Of a DNA stretch of 64,000 bases, positions 9,750 to 20,933 are shown piece after piece. Below the pieces are notes generated by a model, which was not told where the DNA came from, made no database searches, and saw nothing but the letters and a program-made list of their open reading frames with translations. The stretch is taken from assembly GCA_016839555.1 (NCBI GenBank), contig JAEOUA010000006.1:96001-160000 (forward strand), read 5' to 3'. Source of the DNA: Promethearchaeota archaeon. GTDB taxonomy: Archaea; Asgardarchaeota; Lokiarchaeia; Sigyniarchaeales; SOKP01. Numbering within the stretch: position 1 is the stretch's first letter; each line of letters opens with the position of its first letter. Position numbers and translations under genes: made by a program.

Positions 9750-11279
9750 ATGTTAGACATCAAAAAGCTTTATGGTAAAATTGAACAAATTGTTGGTGCA
9801 GATTATCTTACGGATAAAGATTTTATGAAAGCGGCTTATTCTAGAAATGTGGACCCTGCCTTCCCCGATAGATGGCCAGATCTAATCATTCGCCCAGGTT
9901 CATCAGAGGAAGTATCAGAGATCGTAAAAATTGCTAATAAATATAAAATTAAAATGGTTCCCAGAGGAGGGGGAGCAGATTTAGTTGGGGGAGCTACCAC
10001 GGATGAAGGATTATTAATAGATCTAACACGAATGAACAATATATTAGAAATCAATGAAGATGATTTCTATTGTGTTGTAGAATGTGGAGTTACATGGGGT
10101 GGATTAATTTCAGAATTGTATAAAAAGGATCTGACTACAGGAGTGCTTGGTCCCGGAAGTGGATATTCTGCCACCGTAGGAGGCGCCCTTTCTAATAGTA
10201 CAGCCGGATTTGGATCCACTAAATATGGTTTGGTTCCAGATAATTGTCTTGGGGTGGAAGTGGTATTACCCAACGAAAAAGGAGATATTATTAAAACGGG
10301 TGCGGCATCAAATAAATATGCGGAACCAATATGTAGATATGGGGAATCGCCCGACTTCACAGGGTTATTTATGGGAGATGCGGGCATTTTAGGAATAAAA
10401 ACTAAAGCATACCTAAGAATATTTCCCAATTCTCCTTATAAGGTTCAGAGAAATTATATGCTGAAAAAGGACGATTATGATATCGTATTTAAATTGATGC
10501 ATCAACTGCAGCGTGAGGTCAGAGAAGGTATACACGATTTATATGTTAATCCCAGAGTCGTGGTACAAGTTCTCGCTGGTCAAGCAAAGAGAAAGCCAGA
10601 TAAAAGGGTACGGATTCGGGCTCCAGTCTTTATGTTTATTTTAGAGGCGTTTGACAAGCGCATTTTGGATGTCTATATTGAACAAGTGGATGAAATTATG
10701 GAACCTTATAGTCGTCCCTTCGAATGGCATGAAATTGATTTAGATGAACCGCTGGAGGAAGATTGGAAATTAACGTTAAAATTTCCTTATTCTTATTTTA
10801 ATAAATTTATAGCACTCGCCCCTCCGAAGATTTCTTGTACCACCTGTCATAAGCTTCCCATATCAAAAATGCAAGAAAAAAAGAAGCTTAGTGAGGAGTT
10901 TGATCAACAACACCGTCAAGAGTTTCCCACAGATAGTTTTTCTTTATTTGCTCGTTCTATTCATTTATTACCAAATGGACATTGTGTATTTGCGGGAGGA
11001 TTTAATGCCGAAAATGTAGATGAGGAGCGTGAACAAGCGATGCAGATTTGGCATAAAAAAGTGCGCTCCCAGGTTCGATATGGAGGAGTTCATTATTGGT
11101 TGGGGGAGTCTATTTCACAATCAATAGTAGAAGCAGATGCCTATAGTCCGGAATTCATCACATTTTTTAAAAATATAAAAAAAACGGTTGATCCACATTT
11201 TCTGTTGAGCCCTAATAAATTTCATATGCATAGCTATGAAGATGATATTACACAATATATTGAAAGGGATGAAGAATAG
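9750..11279 (+). CDS. FAD-binding oxidoreductase (GlcD/D-lactate dehydrogenase-like)
   Basis: PRGGG, ATVGG, G.LGI.T, DP..LL.P motifs of the FAD_binding_4 family. Confidence 0.88.
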   Translation: MLDIKKLYGKIEQIVGADYLTDKDFMKAAYSRNVDPAFPDRWPDLIIRPGSSEEVSEIVKIANKYKIKMVPRGGGADLVGGATTDEGLLIDLTRMNNILEINEDDFYCVVECGVTWGGLISELYKKDLTTGVLGPGSGYSATVGGALSNSTAGFGSTKYGLVPDNCLGVEVVLPNEKGDIIKTGAASNKYAEPICRYGESPDFTGLFMGDAGILGIKTKAYLRIFPNSPYKVQRNYMLKKDDYDIVFKLMHQLQREVREGIHDLYVNPRVVVQVLAGQAKRKPDKRVRIRAPVFMFILEAFDKRILDVYIEQVDEIMEPYSRPFEWHEIDLDEPLEEDWKLTLKFPYSYFNKFIALAPPKISCTTCHKLPISKMQEKKKLSEEFDQQHRQEFPTDSFSLFARSIHLLPNGHCVFAGGFNAENVDEEREQAMQIWHKKVRSQVRYGGVHYWLGESISQSIVEADAYSPEFITFFKNIKKTVDPHFLLSPNKFHMHSYEDDITQYIERDEE

Positions 11280-11288
11280 GTGAAAAAT

Positions 11289-12491
11289 ATGACAGAAGCT
11301 AACACAAAAAAGGAATATAAATATTTAAGCGAATATGATAAAATGCTTATGATTTGTATAAGTTGTGGAGATTGTAGAGAAGCTACCGATATTACCTTAA
11401 ATCCTCCAAGAGTAGGTGTGTGCCCTGTTAAAGATCATACTTCTGGGTTTGAACCATATTTTGGAAGAGGGAAAATGCAAATTATCAGATCTGTATGGCA
11501 AGGTAAACTACAATTAAGTAAGGAGTTATCTGAGGTGTTTTTACAATGTCCTACCTGTAATGCATGCGCGGAAGCGTGTGTATATGATATGGATAATACC
11601 TCTATTTATGAAGCTCTACGAGCAGAATTGTGGGCTGAAGGTTATGCTTTGGAATCTCACGATGAGATGAATGAAGCGATGATTACATTGCTTAATCCTT
11701 ACCAAAGAGATAATAAACTTAAGAAAGATTGGATGGACATGATTGACTTTTCCATTAAAGATGCCAGTAGTCAGCCAGCAGAGGTACTTTTCTATGTGGG
11801 ATGTACTGCAGCCCTTACTCCAGAAATCCGTAATGTTGCAGTTCATACTGCCCAAATCTTAAAAAAATTGGATATTGATTTTTCCGTTTTTGGTGAAAAT
11901 GAAGTGTGCTGTGGGAGTGTAGCAATGAGAACGGGAAATCGCGAGGCATTTAATATAGTAGCGAAAAAAAATTATGAACTTTTCAAACAGAGCGGAGTAA
12001 AAACTATCATTACCAGTTGCGCGGGATGTTATCGAACTCTCAAACTTGATTATCAAGAGATACTTAAAGATTTGAATATAGAGATATTACATACAATCGA
12101 ATTTCTATATCGTATTATCAAGGAAAAACATATAAAATTAAAAAATCTTGGACTCAAGACAACTTATCACGACCCATGCCATACTGGAAGACACGTAGGA
12201 ATTTATGAAGAGCCTAGATTTCTATTACAACAAATGGCAAATTTGACCGAAATGGATACAATTAAGGAAAATGCAAAATGTTGCGGAGCGGGAGGAGGCG
12301 TTAAAAAAGCATTTCCCGAATTGGCATTAGAAATAGCAAAAAGTAGAGTGAAAGAGGCAGAAGAAACAGGAGCAGACTATTTAGTAAGTATCTGTCCATT
12401 TTGTTATAGAAACCTAAATGATGCTATAACGGCATTAAGTTCTAAATTAAAAATGATAGATCTTACCGAATTATTAGATCAAGCATTATAA
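11289..12491 (+). CDS. Fe-S oxidoreductase with 4Fe-4S dicluster and CCG domains (GlpC/HdrD-like)
   Basis: CISCGDC, CPTCNAC..C, CCG x2, YHDPCH, CPFC; ATG at 11289 follows AGGTGA RBS. Confidence 0.9.
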   Translation: MTEANTKKEYKYLSEYDKMLMICISCGDCREATDITLNPPRVGVCPVKDHTSGFEPYFGRGKMQIIRSVWQGKLQLSKELSEVFLQCPTCNACAEACVYDMDNTSIYEALRAELWAEGYALESHDEMNEAMITLLNPYQRDNKLKKDWMDMIDFSIKDASSQPAEVLFYVGCTAALTPEIRNVAVHTAQILKKLDIDFSVFGENEVCCGSVAMRTGNREAFNIVAKKNYELFKQSGVKTIITSCAGCYRTLKLDYQEILKDLNIEILHTIEFLYRIIKEKHIKLKNLGLKTTYHDPCHTGRHVGIYEEPRFLLQQMANLTEMDTIKENAKCCGAGGGVKKAFPELALEIAKSRVKEAEETGADYLVSICPFCYRNLNDAITALSSKLKMIDLTELLDQAL

Positions 12492-12566
12492 AATGTGGTA
12501 TTTAATCCAATAAAAAATTAAAATTATTTAACTTCAAACATTAAATTATAAATAAAGAATTTGTAG

Positions 12567-13376
12567 GTGAAGAATATTTCTTTTAAAAGAGACCGTGAAG
12601 AGATTGCACTAAAGAAAAAAAAATTAAGAACAACAGAATTTCATGATGCTGAAATGCTGACAGTTCTGTGGGAAACTAAAACCGAGATTGTTAAGAGAGT
12701 TTTACCTCCCCCACTTAACCCCCTTAAAAGACCCATCGCTCTTGCATTTATAGCTCATTATCCTAATACTAATCAAGGATTACCGTATAATGAAGGAGCA
12801 CTTATGATAAGATGTGAATATAATGGCGAATTTGGGAATTATTATCTAGCAATGCCCGTTACAGATGATAGAGCTTTATTAGGAGGGAGAGAAATCTTTG
12901 GATTTCCCAAAAAAATGGCAAAGGTGCATTTAGAACGTAACAATGATGAAGTTTATGGATATGCTGAACGATTAGGGGTAAAAAATATTGAAATTAGGGC
13001 ACATTTAGGGGTACCATTCAATGAGCCAGAAACTCCCCAATTAATTAAAGTCCTTGGATTACTTCCTGGTAGAAATAAAAATACCATAAATTATAATTTT
13101 AAATATTTTCCCGCACCCAATAAAGAAGGATTTGATTATAATCCGTGGTTAGTGAAACAAGAAACAGCCGTCCGTCCTAAATCAATGGAAACAGGAAGAG
13201 CGGAAATCACTTTAAGGTCAAGTGTTCACGATCCGTGGGGTGAAATTGAAATTGAAACTGTTTTTGGGGCATTATATCTTAAAACCGATAATACGATGTA
13301 TCCAGGTCAAAAAATCAGCGAAGTTGATACAGAGGAGTTTTTACCATATAGTTTTATAAACTGGGACTGGTATTAG
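12567..13376 (+). CDS. Acetoacetate decarboxylase family protein (true start possibly ATT at 12576)
   Basis: LPPPL, YNEGAL, GGREIFGFPKK Schiff-base lysine motif. Confidence 0.88.
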   Translation: MKNISFKRDREEIALKKKKLRTTEFHDAEMLTVLWETKTEIVKRVLPPPLNPLKRPIALAFIAHYPNTNQGLPYNEGALMIRCEYNGEFGNYYLAMPVTDDRALLGGREIFGFPKKMAKVHLERNNDEVYGYAERLGVKNIEIRAHLGVPFNEPETPQLIKVLGLLPGRNKNTINYNFKYFPAPNKEGFDYNPWLVKQETAVRPKSMETGRAEITLRSSVHDPWGEIEIETVFGALYLKTDNTMYPGQKISEVDTEEFLPYSFINWDWY

Positions 13377-13548
13377 TCTCACTTCCTCGTCTTGAAAATA
13401 AAGCAAACCATATTCTATTAGTGAAAGGGTTTGATTTTGAAGGAAAGGTGTATTAATAGTTTTATCATTGTGTATAAAATCCTTCTAAAAACTATTAAGA
13501 TTCAATAAAAATAGGAAAATAAAAATAAATAGAAAAAAAAACTTTTGA

Positions 13549-13833
13549 TTAACCTATAAGTTTTAGTGATGCTTTACGGATATCTCCAGCCATTACACGC
13601 TTTCTTTTATCAGCATTACAGATCTTAATTGCTTTTTTTGTTGTCGCAACCGCTGTTTTTTCTAAAAAGTTGATTAATTGATCAAGTGCCTCAGCAGCTA
13701 CTAGATCTGCCCCCACTTTCTTCATTAATCTTCTAATGGGTGCTTTTGCCATATAAGATTCTCCCTTTTTCTTAGCTGGTGCTTTCTTTTTAGCTGGTGC
13801 TGCCTTCTTTGCTGGAGCTTTTTTTTTAGCCAT
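13549..13833 (-). CDS. Archaeal histone with lysine/alanine/proline-rich N-terminal tail
   Basis: Histone fold AKAPIRRLMK..GA..V..EA...KRKRVMAGDI; tail MAKKKAPAKKAAPAKKKAPAKKK; GGAGG RBS. Confidence 0.93.
   Translation of the reverse strand: MAKKKAPAKKAAPAKKKAPAKKKGESYMAKAPIRRLMKKVGADLVAAEALDQLINFLEKTAVATTKKAIKICNADKRKRVMAGDIRKASLKLIG
13765..13830 (-). repeat. 18-bp-period coding repeat encoding the AKK(K/A)AP histone tail units
   Basis: gctaaaaaaaaagctcca gcaaagaaggcagcacca gctaaaaagaaagcacca gctaagaaaaag. Confidence 0.8.
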
Positions 13834-14267
13834 AATATTAATCCTCCATTATTTTTTTAATTTTCATTAAGAAAATATTACGTTATGGTTTGAATATAAC
13901 TAACACATTACTACTATTTAAACGTTCTGTTTTTCAATTAAAAAATTCAGCTATTATCTTCTAAGATTAAAAAATAGAAAATTTTCTCTTAAAACTATTT
14001 TGCCGATAAAAAAAATATATCTAATTTTTCTAAGCTATAATATAAACTAATCAAATATGTTTTCTAGGAAGGGTTTTGAACAAAATTCAAACTTACTCAG
14101 AGGATGGAGAAAATTTGCCCATTCATATAAATAACTCTATAAATAAGCCAGTTCAACAAAATAATTAGAAAATTAATCAATAAATTTGCTTTAAAAAATA
14201 ATAAATGAAGGAAATCAACCTTCCTTCTTGTAAATGGGTATTATTTTTCTATAAAAAAAAATATCAA

Positions 14268-14690
14268 TCATTTAATAACATCTGTTATAAAACAAGTTTC
14301 TACTATTTTGACCCCTTCAATTTGTGAGACTTTTTGCTCTATTAATGGATTAAATTGCTCTATGGCAGGTATTTCTACAATTATAAACAAACCACAATCA
14401 CCTGAAAGCCTCCAAATATCTGTAATCTCTTCTATATTCCTTAATTCCTTCATAATGCCTTTTATTTCCTTGTAATCGGGTTCTATTTTGATGGTGGCCC
14501 TTATTTTAGCCTTTTGGTCAATCTCATAATTAATGGTAAATTTTTTGATAATATTTTTTTTTAACAATCTCTTAACCCTTCGTCTCACAGTAGCTTCAGT
14601 ACGACCAACAATTTCTCCAATATCTCTAAAAGACTGTCTTCCATCCTTATTTAATTCCTCTAAGATCCGTTTATCGATGGCGTCTATCAT
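14268..14690 (-). CDS. Lrp/AsnC family transcriptional regulator
   Basis: DAIDKRILEELNKDGRQSFRDI..TVRRRVKRL HTH plus RAM domain. Confidence 0.93.
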   Translation of the reverse strand: MIDAIDKRILEELNKDGRQSFRDIGEIVGRTEATVRRRVKRLLKKNIIKKFTINYEIDQKAKIRATIKIEPDYKEIKGIMKELRNIEEITDIWRLSGDCGLFIIVEIPAIEQFNPLIEQKVSQIEGVKIVETCFITDVIK

Positions 14691-15094
14691 TTTAAGCTCC
14701 CTTTTTTCTAATTACCCGATCTATTTTGATCATTATATTTAATAAATAAGAAATATCATTAATTAATTTTTTCGGTTTTTTATAGATTTTAATAATTTAT
14801 GTATTAAAGTTACGACTTTTAATAGAAAAATCGAAATGAAATGTTAAGATTATATAATTTAAAATGGTTTTTAAATAAAAATAATAATTCATAGTATCAT
14901 AGTTCTTTCATGGAGTATAGTTATTAAATCAATTTGTCGGAAAAATTAAAGTGAAGTAGTTATTTTCAAAAAGAAATTACTATATTCTTTTATTTTTTAT
15001 CACTACAATTATGAATTGGATTAATGTAGATCACAAAAAAGATAATTTAATTATTTATATAGCAATTTTGTTTATGTCATTGATGATATATTTA

Positions 15095-15811
15095 CTAAAT
15101 TGTTTTGTTTTTCCACCAAAAAGGAGCTTCTACTAATTTTAAATGATCAAAATCAAATAATAGGATATCATTTCCCTGTAGGGTAAATACAAACCCGCTG
15201 AGATAAGACGGCCACTTATCTATGGGCAACCCAAACCAGCCTAATCTTAAAATTGATAAAATAAGGTCGTGGGTAACATGAATATCAATACATTTTTTCG
15301 ATCCTTTCTCTACTTCATTCCAAATAATATCTGCTGATTTTTTAGCATACTCTTGGATAGGTGGGATCATATCAGAAGGATATAAGCCGGCCACCCATCG
15401 ATGTACCAATTGTTCTAATGGATATTTAGTTGCTTCTCTATAAAAATCTTCTGGAGAAATATCAATATCATATAAAATATTTAAAGGTCCTATTATCTCT
15501 GCGGAGTTTGGACTATGATTATATCCGTTGAAGATGCTTACGGCTGTTTGCTTACATCTTTCTATTTTACTATAATATAATCGAATAGGTCGATCTTTAG
15601 GAAGATGCTCTCCAAAAAATTCTGCAAACTTATGTCCAATTGGAGTGAGCAAGTCTTTCGGATGATCCCGTATATTTTTTGAATCATATCGGTGTGAATG
15701 TCTAATGACCATAATCAATTTATTTTCTTTAGGAAGTTGATTGATTCCCTTTAATAATTGATAAGCTAGTTTAGTCCATTCACTTTGTTCCCAGATGTTT
15801 TTTTCCAACAT
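15095..15811 (-). CDS. Histidine phosphatase family protein
   Basis: IRHS, LT..G, S..ERC.QTA, VTHD motifs. Confidence 0.85.
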   Translation of the reverse strand: MLEKNIWEQSEWTKLAYQLLKGINQLPKENKLIMVIRHSHRYDSKNIRDHPKDLLTPIGHKFAEFFGEHLPKDRPIRLYYSKIERCKQTAVSIFNGYNHSPNSAEIIGPLNILYDIDISPEDFYREATKYPLEQLVHRWVAGLYPSDMIPPIQEYAKKSADIIWNEVEKGSKKCIDIHVTHDLILSILRLGWFGLPIDKWPSYLSGFVFTLQGNDILLFDFDHLKLVEAPFWWKNKTI

Positions 15812-16101
15812 AATTATATACTTTTTTTTCTAAATAAATTAAAAGGTTTCTTCTATTTTCATATTCCTATATCTTACTATTCAAAATTAAAATTCTTTAA
15901 AAAAGAACATCATTAGAAAATATATAGAATTATTTTTAGAAATATGATGATTAAGAATCTAAAATTTTTATTTAAAACGATGTAAATTTATATTTGTAAA
16001 TTATAATTATAGAACTGAAATGGGCAATAAAATATATCTGAGATAAAAATCTTTCCTTTTTTTCCGCATGAAGGACAAATAATTTGAACCTCCACCAACC
16101 G

Positions 16102-16872
16102 TTAAATTGCCAGCTCCTTATTTATTTTTTTTTTTATTAAAATCTTTTCTAACCAGCTGGGTAGAAAGAAACCAAAATAATATTCAATAGCCGCAATAAT
16201 AAGAACAATTCTCAAGATCGCTTGAAGAATTTTATTTCCAAAGCTAAAAACATCAATGGCGGCAGCAACCACAAAAGTGATAAATCCTATTAATAGAAAC
16301 CTCCCTTTCCAGCGAATGGTTAAATTATCTGAGTTTAATGATTCTTTACTGAATAATATAGCAAATACAAAAGCTGTTGCTATGAAAAATACTAAAGCTA
16401 TAATTGTAAATAAGCTTCTACTATAAGAAAATCCATCAAAAGGTATTCCCTTAGCAGCAATGAATTCATAATTAATAAAGAGTAACACTAATAAAACTAC
16501 TTCATATCCCCCGCAAATCACTCCAAAAAGTATTGTCAATTTCTTCTTTAAATGAGGAAAATTAAGCTCACCTATGGAATAGATCCAGCAAAATAAACCA
16601 ACAGCATTAAACGCAGTCATAAAAAAAACATACAATAAAGGATCTAATATATAATTAAACAGCAGAATTGTGATAAAACTTATTGCTAATGGCCACCAAG
16701 AGGAGCTTATAAAAATCCAAGTTAGACCAACCGTGATTAATTCTTTTCGTTTTAATTGAAAATATTTAAATAGAATTCGAAAGCCCACAATGAATGAAAT
16801 TATTATAAACACTAAGGTACAACTGGCTCTTATAATATCTAAACTTGTCAAATCATTAATAGTTTTATACAT
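16102..16872 (-). CDS. Seven-TM integral membrane protein of unknown function
   Basis: About 7 hydrophobic helices; no catalytic motif seen. Confidence 0.7.
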   Translation of the reverse strand: MYKTINDLTSLDIIRASCTLVFIIISFIVGFRILFKYFQLKRKELITVGLTWIFISSSWWPLAISFITILLFNYILDPLLYVFFMTAFNAVGLFCWIYSIGELNFPHLKKKLTILFGVICGGYEVVLLVLLFINYEFIAAKGIPFDGFSYSRSLFTIIALVFFIATAFVFAILFSKESLNSDNLTIRWKGRFLLIGFITFVVAAAIDVFSFGNKILQAILRIVLIIAAIEYYFGFFLPSWLEKILIKKKINKELAI

Positions 16873-17030
16873 AAATATCCCTTATAATATAATTATATAT
16901 AACATAGACCTAATCTATTTAAAGTTTTTCAAAACGTATTCCAGTTAGAGGACTAAGATTAATCTAACAGAAAATTAAATTTATATTTATGAAAATAACT
17001 TAGATTTAATTAGCGTAGGATTTATAGATC

Positions 17031-17975
17031 TTATTCTATTATATTTTTAATCTTTTCTGCTAAACTTGGTATATATTCATAGGCGCGATCTCTTATTTTT
17101 TCATTCAGGCATAATGTCATTAAATAGACGCTCCCATAATCCTCGATATTTATTCTTTTCATGAAAATGATGCCTCTTTTCCTTTTTTTGGCTTTTCCAT
17201 CCTTAATAAGCACATTCATAATACTATCTTCTGTTTTTACATCCCATCTATTTAATCGATCCATCACTTTAGACAAGTCTGGAACTATATCTGTGCAGAA
17301 ATTTAAATATTGTTCCTCAGTAGCTCTACTCGCTAGGAATAAGTAACTCTCACTTAACAATACGGCAGCACTACTCCACGTTTGTTTGGTATAGTCCTTG
17401 AGAATTTTTTCCAATAACTCTCCCTTGCCAGTCTTTCGAATAATTGAAAAGGAAAAAGCTTTAATAAGATTCGAACCATCATAGATAGAGCTAGGATAAA
17501 ATGTAATAGTGAAATCTAATGTTAAAGATTTTATTTTATCTTTAAGGTATTCTATATTGTTTAAGTATTTTTCAGAATCTTGGATCTCTGGATCATATTT
17601 ATGTAAAAAAATTACTAAATCTTTTAATTCAGGATTATATTCTCGGACCAATTTCGCTAAATTGGCTAAATAATTAATAGAAATCTCATATCTTTGTTCA
17701 TCTTGAATATCAATCACATAAAAAAATCCACTTAAATTGGAAAAATAAATCTCTTTATTTTCTAAATATTCACTTCTATATTGTTTTTGACCACCTAAGT
17801 CCCAAATTGAGAATTTAAGCCCAAGGATATCTACTGATTGAGTAATTATATTAGCAGATTTAGTCGGTCTTAATTTTCTAATAAGGTTAAATTTCCGATC
17901 TAAATAGAGTACTATCGAACTTTTTCCTGCATTATCTAAACCAAGAATAGATATCTTTTTTTGCTCCTCGCTCAT
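17031..17975 (-). CDS. Arf/Rag-like small GTPase with C-terminal roadblock/longin-like domain
   Basis: G1 GLDNAGKS, G2 PT, G3 WDLGGQ, G4 HKYD, G5 SSI; about 130 aa C-terminal alpha/beta domain. Confidence 0.88.
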   Translation of the reverse strand: MSEEQKKISILGLDNAGKSSIVLYLDRKFNLIRKLRPTKSANIITQSVDILGLKFSIWDLGGQKQYRSEYLENKEIYFSNLSGFFYVIDIQDEQRYEISINYLANLAKLVREYNPELKDLVIFLHKYDPEIQDSEKYLNNIEYLKDKIKSLTLDFTITFYPSSIYDGSNLIKAFSFSIIRKTGKGELLEKILKDYTKQTWSSAAVLLSESYLFLASRATEEQYLNFCTDIVPDLSKVMDRLNRWDVKTEDSIMNVLIKDGKAKKRKRGIIFMKRINIEDYGSVYLMTLCLNEKIRDRAYEYIPSLAEKIKNIIE

Positions 17976-18230
17976 TTTTATTCACTGCTTGTATATAATT
18001 TAAATAGTTAATAAAATAATGGCATTATCTATTATTAAATAATAAGAATTTACCAATTATTAGATAAATAAAACACTTAATAGTTCTTTTCATATTAACA
18101 AAAGCTACTATTAATAAGAATGTTATATATTATTTTTATTAATTCAGATCTCTTATTTATGGAATAAGTAAGATAAAAAATGCTTTTCTTTCTTTTCAAT
18201 AAGAGTTTCATTATTTCTATTATTTACAAT

Positions 18231-20456
18231 TTAGGATGTTGCTAATGGAAGTGAAAAATAGAATGTAGAACCTTTATTTCTTCCCTCAGATTCCATCCAA
18301 ATTTTCCCTCCGTGTAATTCAATAATATATTTTGAGATATATAAGCCTAACCCAGAACCTCCTGGAATAATGTCTAAATTTTTACCGAATCGCTCCACTT
18401 TCCCAAACTCCGAAAATAAAAATTCTTTTTCATGTGGTTCAAATCCAATTCCATTATCTTTTATAGAGATGATGACTTCTTTATCACTTTTTTGCGCTTT
18501 TAGTTCTATTAATCCATTCGGAGGAGTAAATTTTATGGCATTACTAATCACATTTCTTAATACTTGATTAATAGCATTCCAATCAAATTCAAGGATTAAA
18601 TCTTCCTCAATAGTTGTTTGGAGGATATGCTTTCGGAGCTTCAGCAAACCCTCTAGATCTTTGAATGAGGCATGAATTAAGATTGATAAATTGTGTAATT
18701 CTTTTTGTATTTCTAACTTTTTTGATTTTACTTTAGAAGCATTTAGAATCTTTTCTATCAGATCTTCAAGGTGATTTACCCCATTATTAATCATCTCAAC
18801 CATTTCTAATGCCTCTCTATTTAGATTTAAGCGCTCCAAGCTCTTTAATAGTTCTGTGTATCCTTTAATTACAGTCAAAGGAGTCTTTAACTCATGAGAA
18901 GTTCTACTTAATAATTCTGAACGGAGTTGATTTAATTTAACTAATTCCTGCTGTACTTTAATACTTTCAGTGATATCTATAAAGGTAATAAAATCAGCTA
19001 ATTTTCCATTATATATGAGCGGTTTAGAATAATTATCCACCCAAATGATTGATCCATCTTTATTTATCAATCTAAATTTATAGTTTGTTTTAATATCTGT
19101 GTCCCCTCTCTGCTTTTTCGATAGTTGTTCAAAAACCATCGAACGGTCCTCTTCATAGATAACACTTTGAAGTTCTTTAAATGTCCAATTTTTTATTTCC
19201 TCTTCGCTATATCCACTTATTTCGCAAATTGTATTATTAAGATATTTTATTTGATTATCTTGAATAATTAGAATACCCAAAATTGATTGTTCGGCCAGTC
19301 TTCTAAAAAGTTCTTCAGATTCTTTTAATTTCTGTTGAGCTAATTTTCGTTCAGTAATATCCTTTGCTACCCCCAGAATTCCCGTAACTTTTCCCTCATC
19401 ATCAATTATAGGAATCCTACTACAAAGTACCCATCTTTTTCCCAAGTTAGTCTCCCATTCTTCTTCAATATCTAATTTCGGTTGTTTATTGTTGATCACT
19501 TCTAAATCATATTCCCAATAGCGTTGAGCACGGTCGTTGGGATATATATCAAAAGCATTTTTATTTTCTAGCTCACTTTTTTTATATCCGGATATTTGGG
19601 CATAAAAATCGTTGACCTTTATAAAATTATTTTCCGTATCTTTATAATAAATGGGGTCCGGAATATTATTGAAAATAAGTTCTAATTCTTTGCTTAAACT
19701 TCTATATTTTTCTTCCGATTTTTGAATCCTTTCTTTAGCCCTTTCTTTTTCCGATATATCTCTTAATATTGACAATTTTAGAATGTTTCCATTAATATCT
19801 CGAAATGGTGTTGAGAGAATATCATAAATTTTTTGATTTTTAGCATTATAATACGTTCGTTTTACCGATTCACCACTCTTTACTTTTGCAAAGTAACAAT
19901 GAGGGCAAGGGGAGGTTCTATCTAAGAAATATTCATAACATTTCATATTCGCACATTTTCCAAAAGTTCTTTCAATTATCGGATTGCAATAAAAAAGATC
20001 ATAATTTTCTTCAACAATATAAGCCCCATCTTCTAAAGTATCTAATATTTTCTCTAGATTTTTTTTCTGTATTTCTCTTTGTGATTCAATATGTTTTACA
20101 TCAGTTCTATCTCGAGCAAAAACAATAATAGTCTCATTATTATATAAGACATAGGTCTGCTCAAAATATTTTAGTTCCCCTTGTACCTTTAATGTCACCT
20201 CTGCTTTTTGAATTGTTTTTGTGTTAAATACTCTTTTTATATTTCTCATAAATTTTTCTGCAAGATATTCAGGAAAAACTTCATCGACGGTTTTACCTAG
20301 AAATTCTTCTGGGGGGGCAGCAAGATATTTCTGATTACCGATAAAATCTAGAAATTTACCCTCCTTGGTAAGAAGGAAGATTAAATCTCCATAAATATCA
20401 AAAGATTTCTTTAGAATCTTTTTTAGTTTAAATTTATCAGAACGTCTTATCTTCAA
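18231..20456 (-). CDS. Multi-PAS sensor histidine kinase
   Basis: Four PAS-like repeats; SHELKTPL, NVISNAIKF, DNGIG, GSGLGL. Confidence 0.93.
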   Translation of the reverse strand: MKIRRSDKFKLKKILKKSFDIYGDLIFLLTKEGKFLDFIGNQKYLAAPPEEFLGKTVDEVFPEYLAEKFMRNIKRVFNTKTIQKAEVTLKVQGELKYFEQTYVLYNNETIIVFARDRTDVKHIESQREIQKKNLEKILDTLEDGAYIVEENYDLFYCNPIIERTFGKCANMKCYEYFLDRTSPCPHCYFAKVKSGESVKRTYYNAKNQKIYDILSTPFRDINGNILKLSILRDISEKERAKERIQKSEEKYRSLSKELELIFNNIPDPIYYKDTENNFIKVNDFYAQISGYKKSELENKNAFDIYPNDRAQRYWEYDLEVINNKQPKLDIEEEWETNLGKRWVLCSRIPIIDDEGKVTGILGVAKDITERKLAQQKLKESEELFRRLAEQSILGILIIQDNQIKYLNNTICEISGYSEEEIKNWTFKELQSVIYEEDRSMVFEQLSKKQRGDTDIKTNYKFRLINKDGSIIWVDNYSKPLIYNGKLADFITFIDITESIKVQQELVKLNQLRSELLSRTSHELKTPLTVIKGYTELLKSLERLNLNREALEMVEMINNGVNHLEDLIEKILNASKVKSKKLEIQKELHNLSILIHASFKDLEGLLKLRKHILQTTIEEDLILEFDWNAINQVLRNVISNAIKFTPPNGLIELKAQKSDKEVIISIKDNGIGFEPHEKEFLFSEFGKVERFGKNLDIIPGGSGLGLYISKYIIELHGGKIWMESEGRNKGSTFYFSLPLATS

Positions 20457-20933
20457 AAAGTTAGTACCTCAATATAATTAAATCGTAATAAAAAACTAAG
20501 AACGTGCTAAAATAAATATGAATTTATATTTATTTAAATTTATTTTAATATTTTAAAGAAAAACTATAATATATCTATAGACGATGTCTAACTAATAGAT
20601 TTTAAGAGAACTCATCATTATTTATCATTTTTAGGATATACACTTAGCTAATATATCATTTTATTTTTTTCTGGGAATATGTAGTGAAAATATTACATTT
20701 TTTTAACATCATTTTCATTTAGATGAATGATAGGTATAGATCTATAACGTATATTAACTTTTGGTTGAGAATTTGATTATAAATTTAATATAACTGGCTA
20801 ACCTATTTAAGGGCTTAAAAACGCACCACAATTAACTCTCAATATTTGAACTCCTTCAGAATCATAGGATAATTACTCATATAACCAAATATTTCATATA
20901 TACATTTTTATAGAAAGAAGGATAATATCCTAT

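Noticed and set aside
11271-11291. In-frame TAG between the FAD oxidase and the Fe-S protein, suggesting amber readthrough into a fused enzyme
   Set aside because: The junction forms an AGGTGA RBS well spaced from ATG 11289, so ordinary coupled initiation explains it; no pyl genes are in the window.
13915-13922. TATA-like TTTAAATA upstream of the histone gene, and similar boxes elsewhere
   Set aside because: Such words are too frequent in this AT-rich DNA to call without transcript data.
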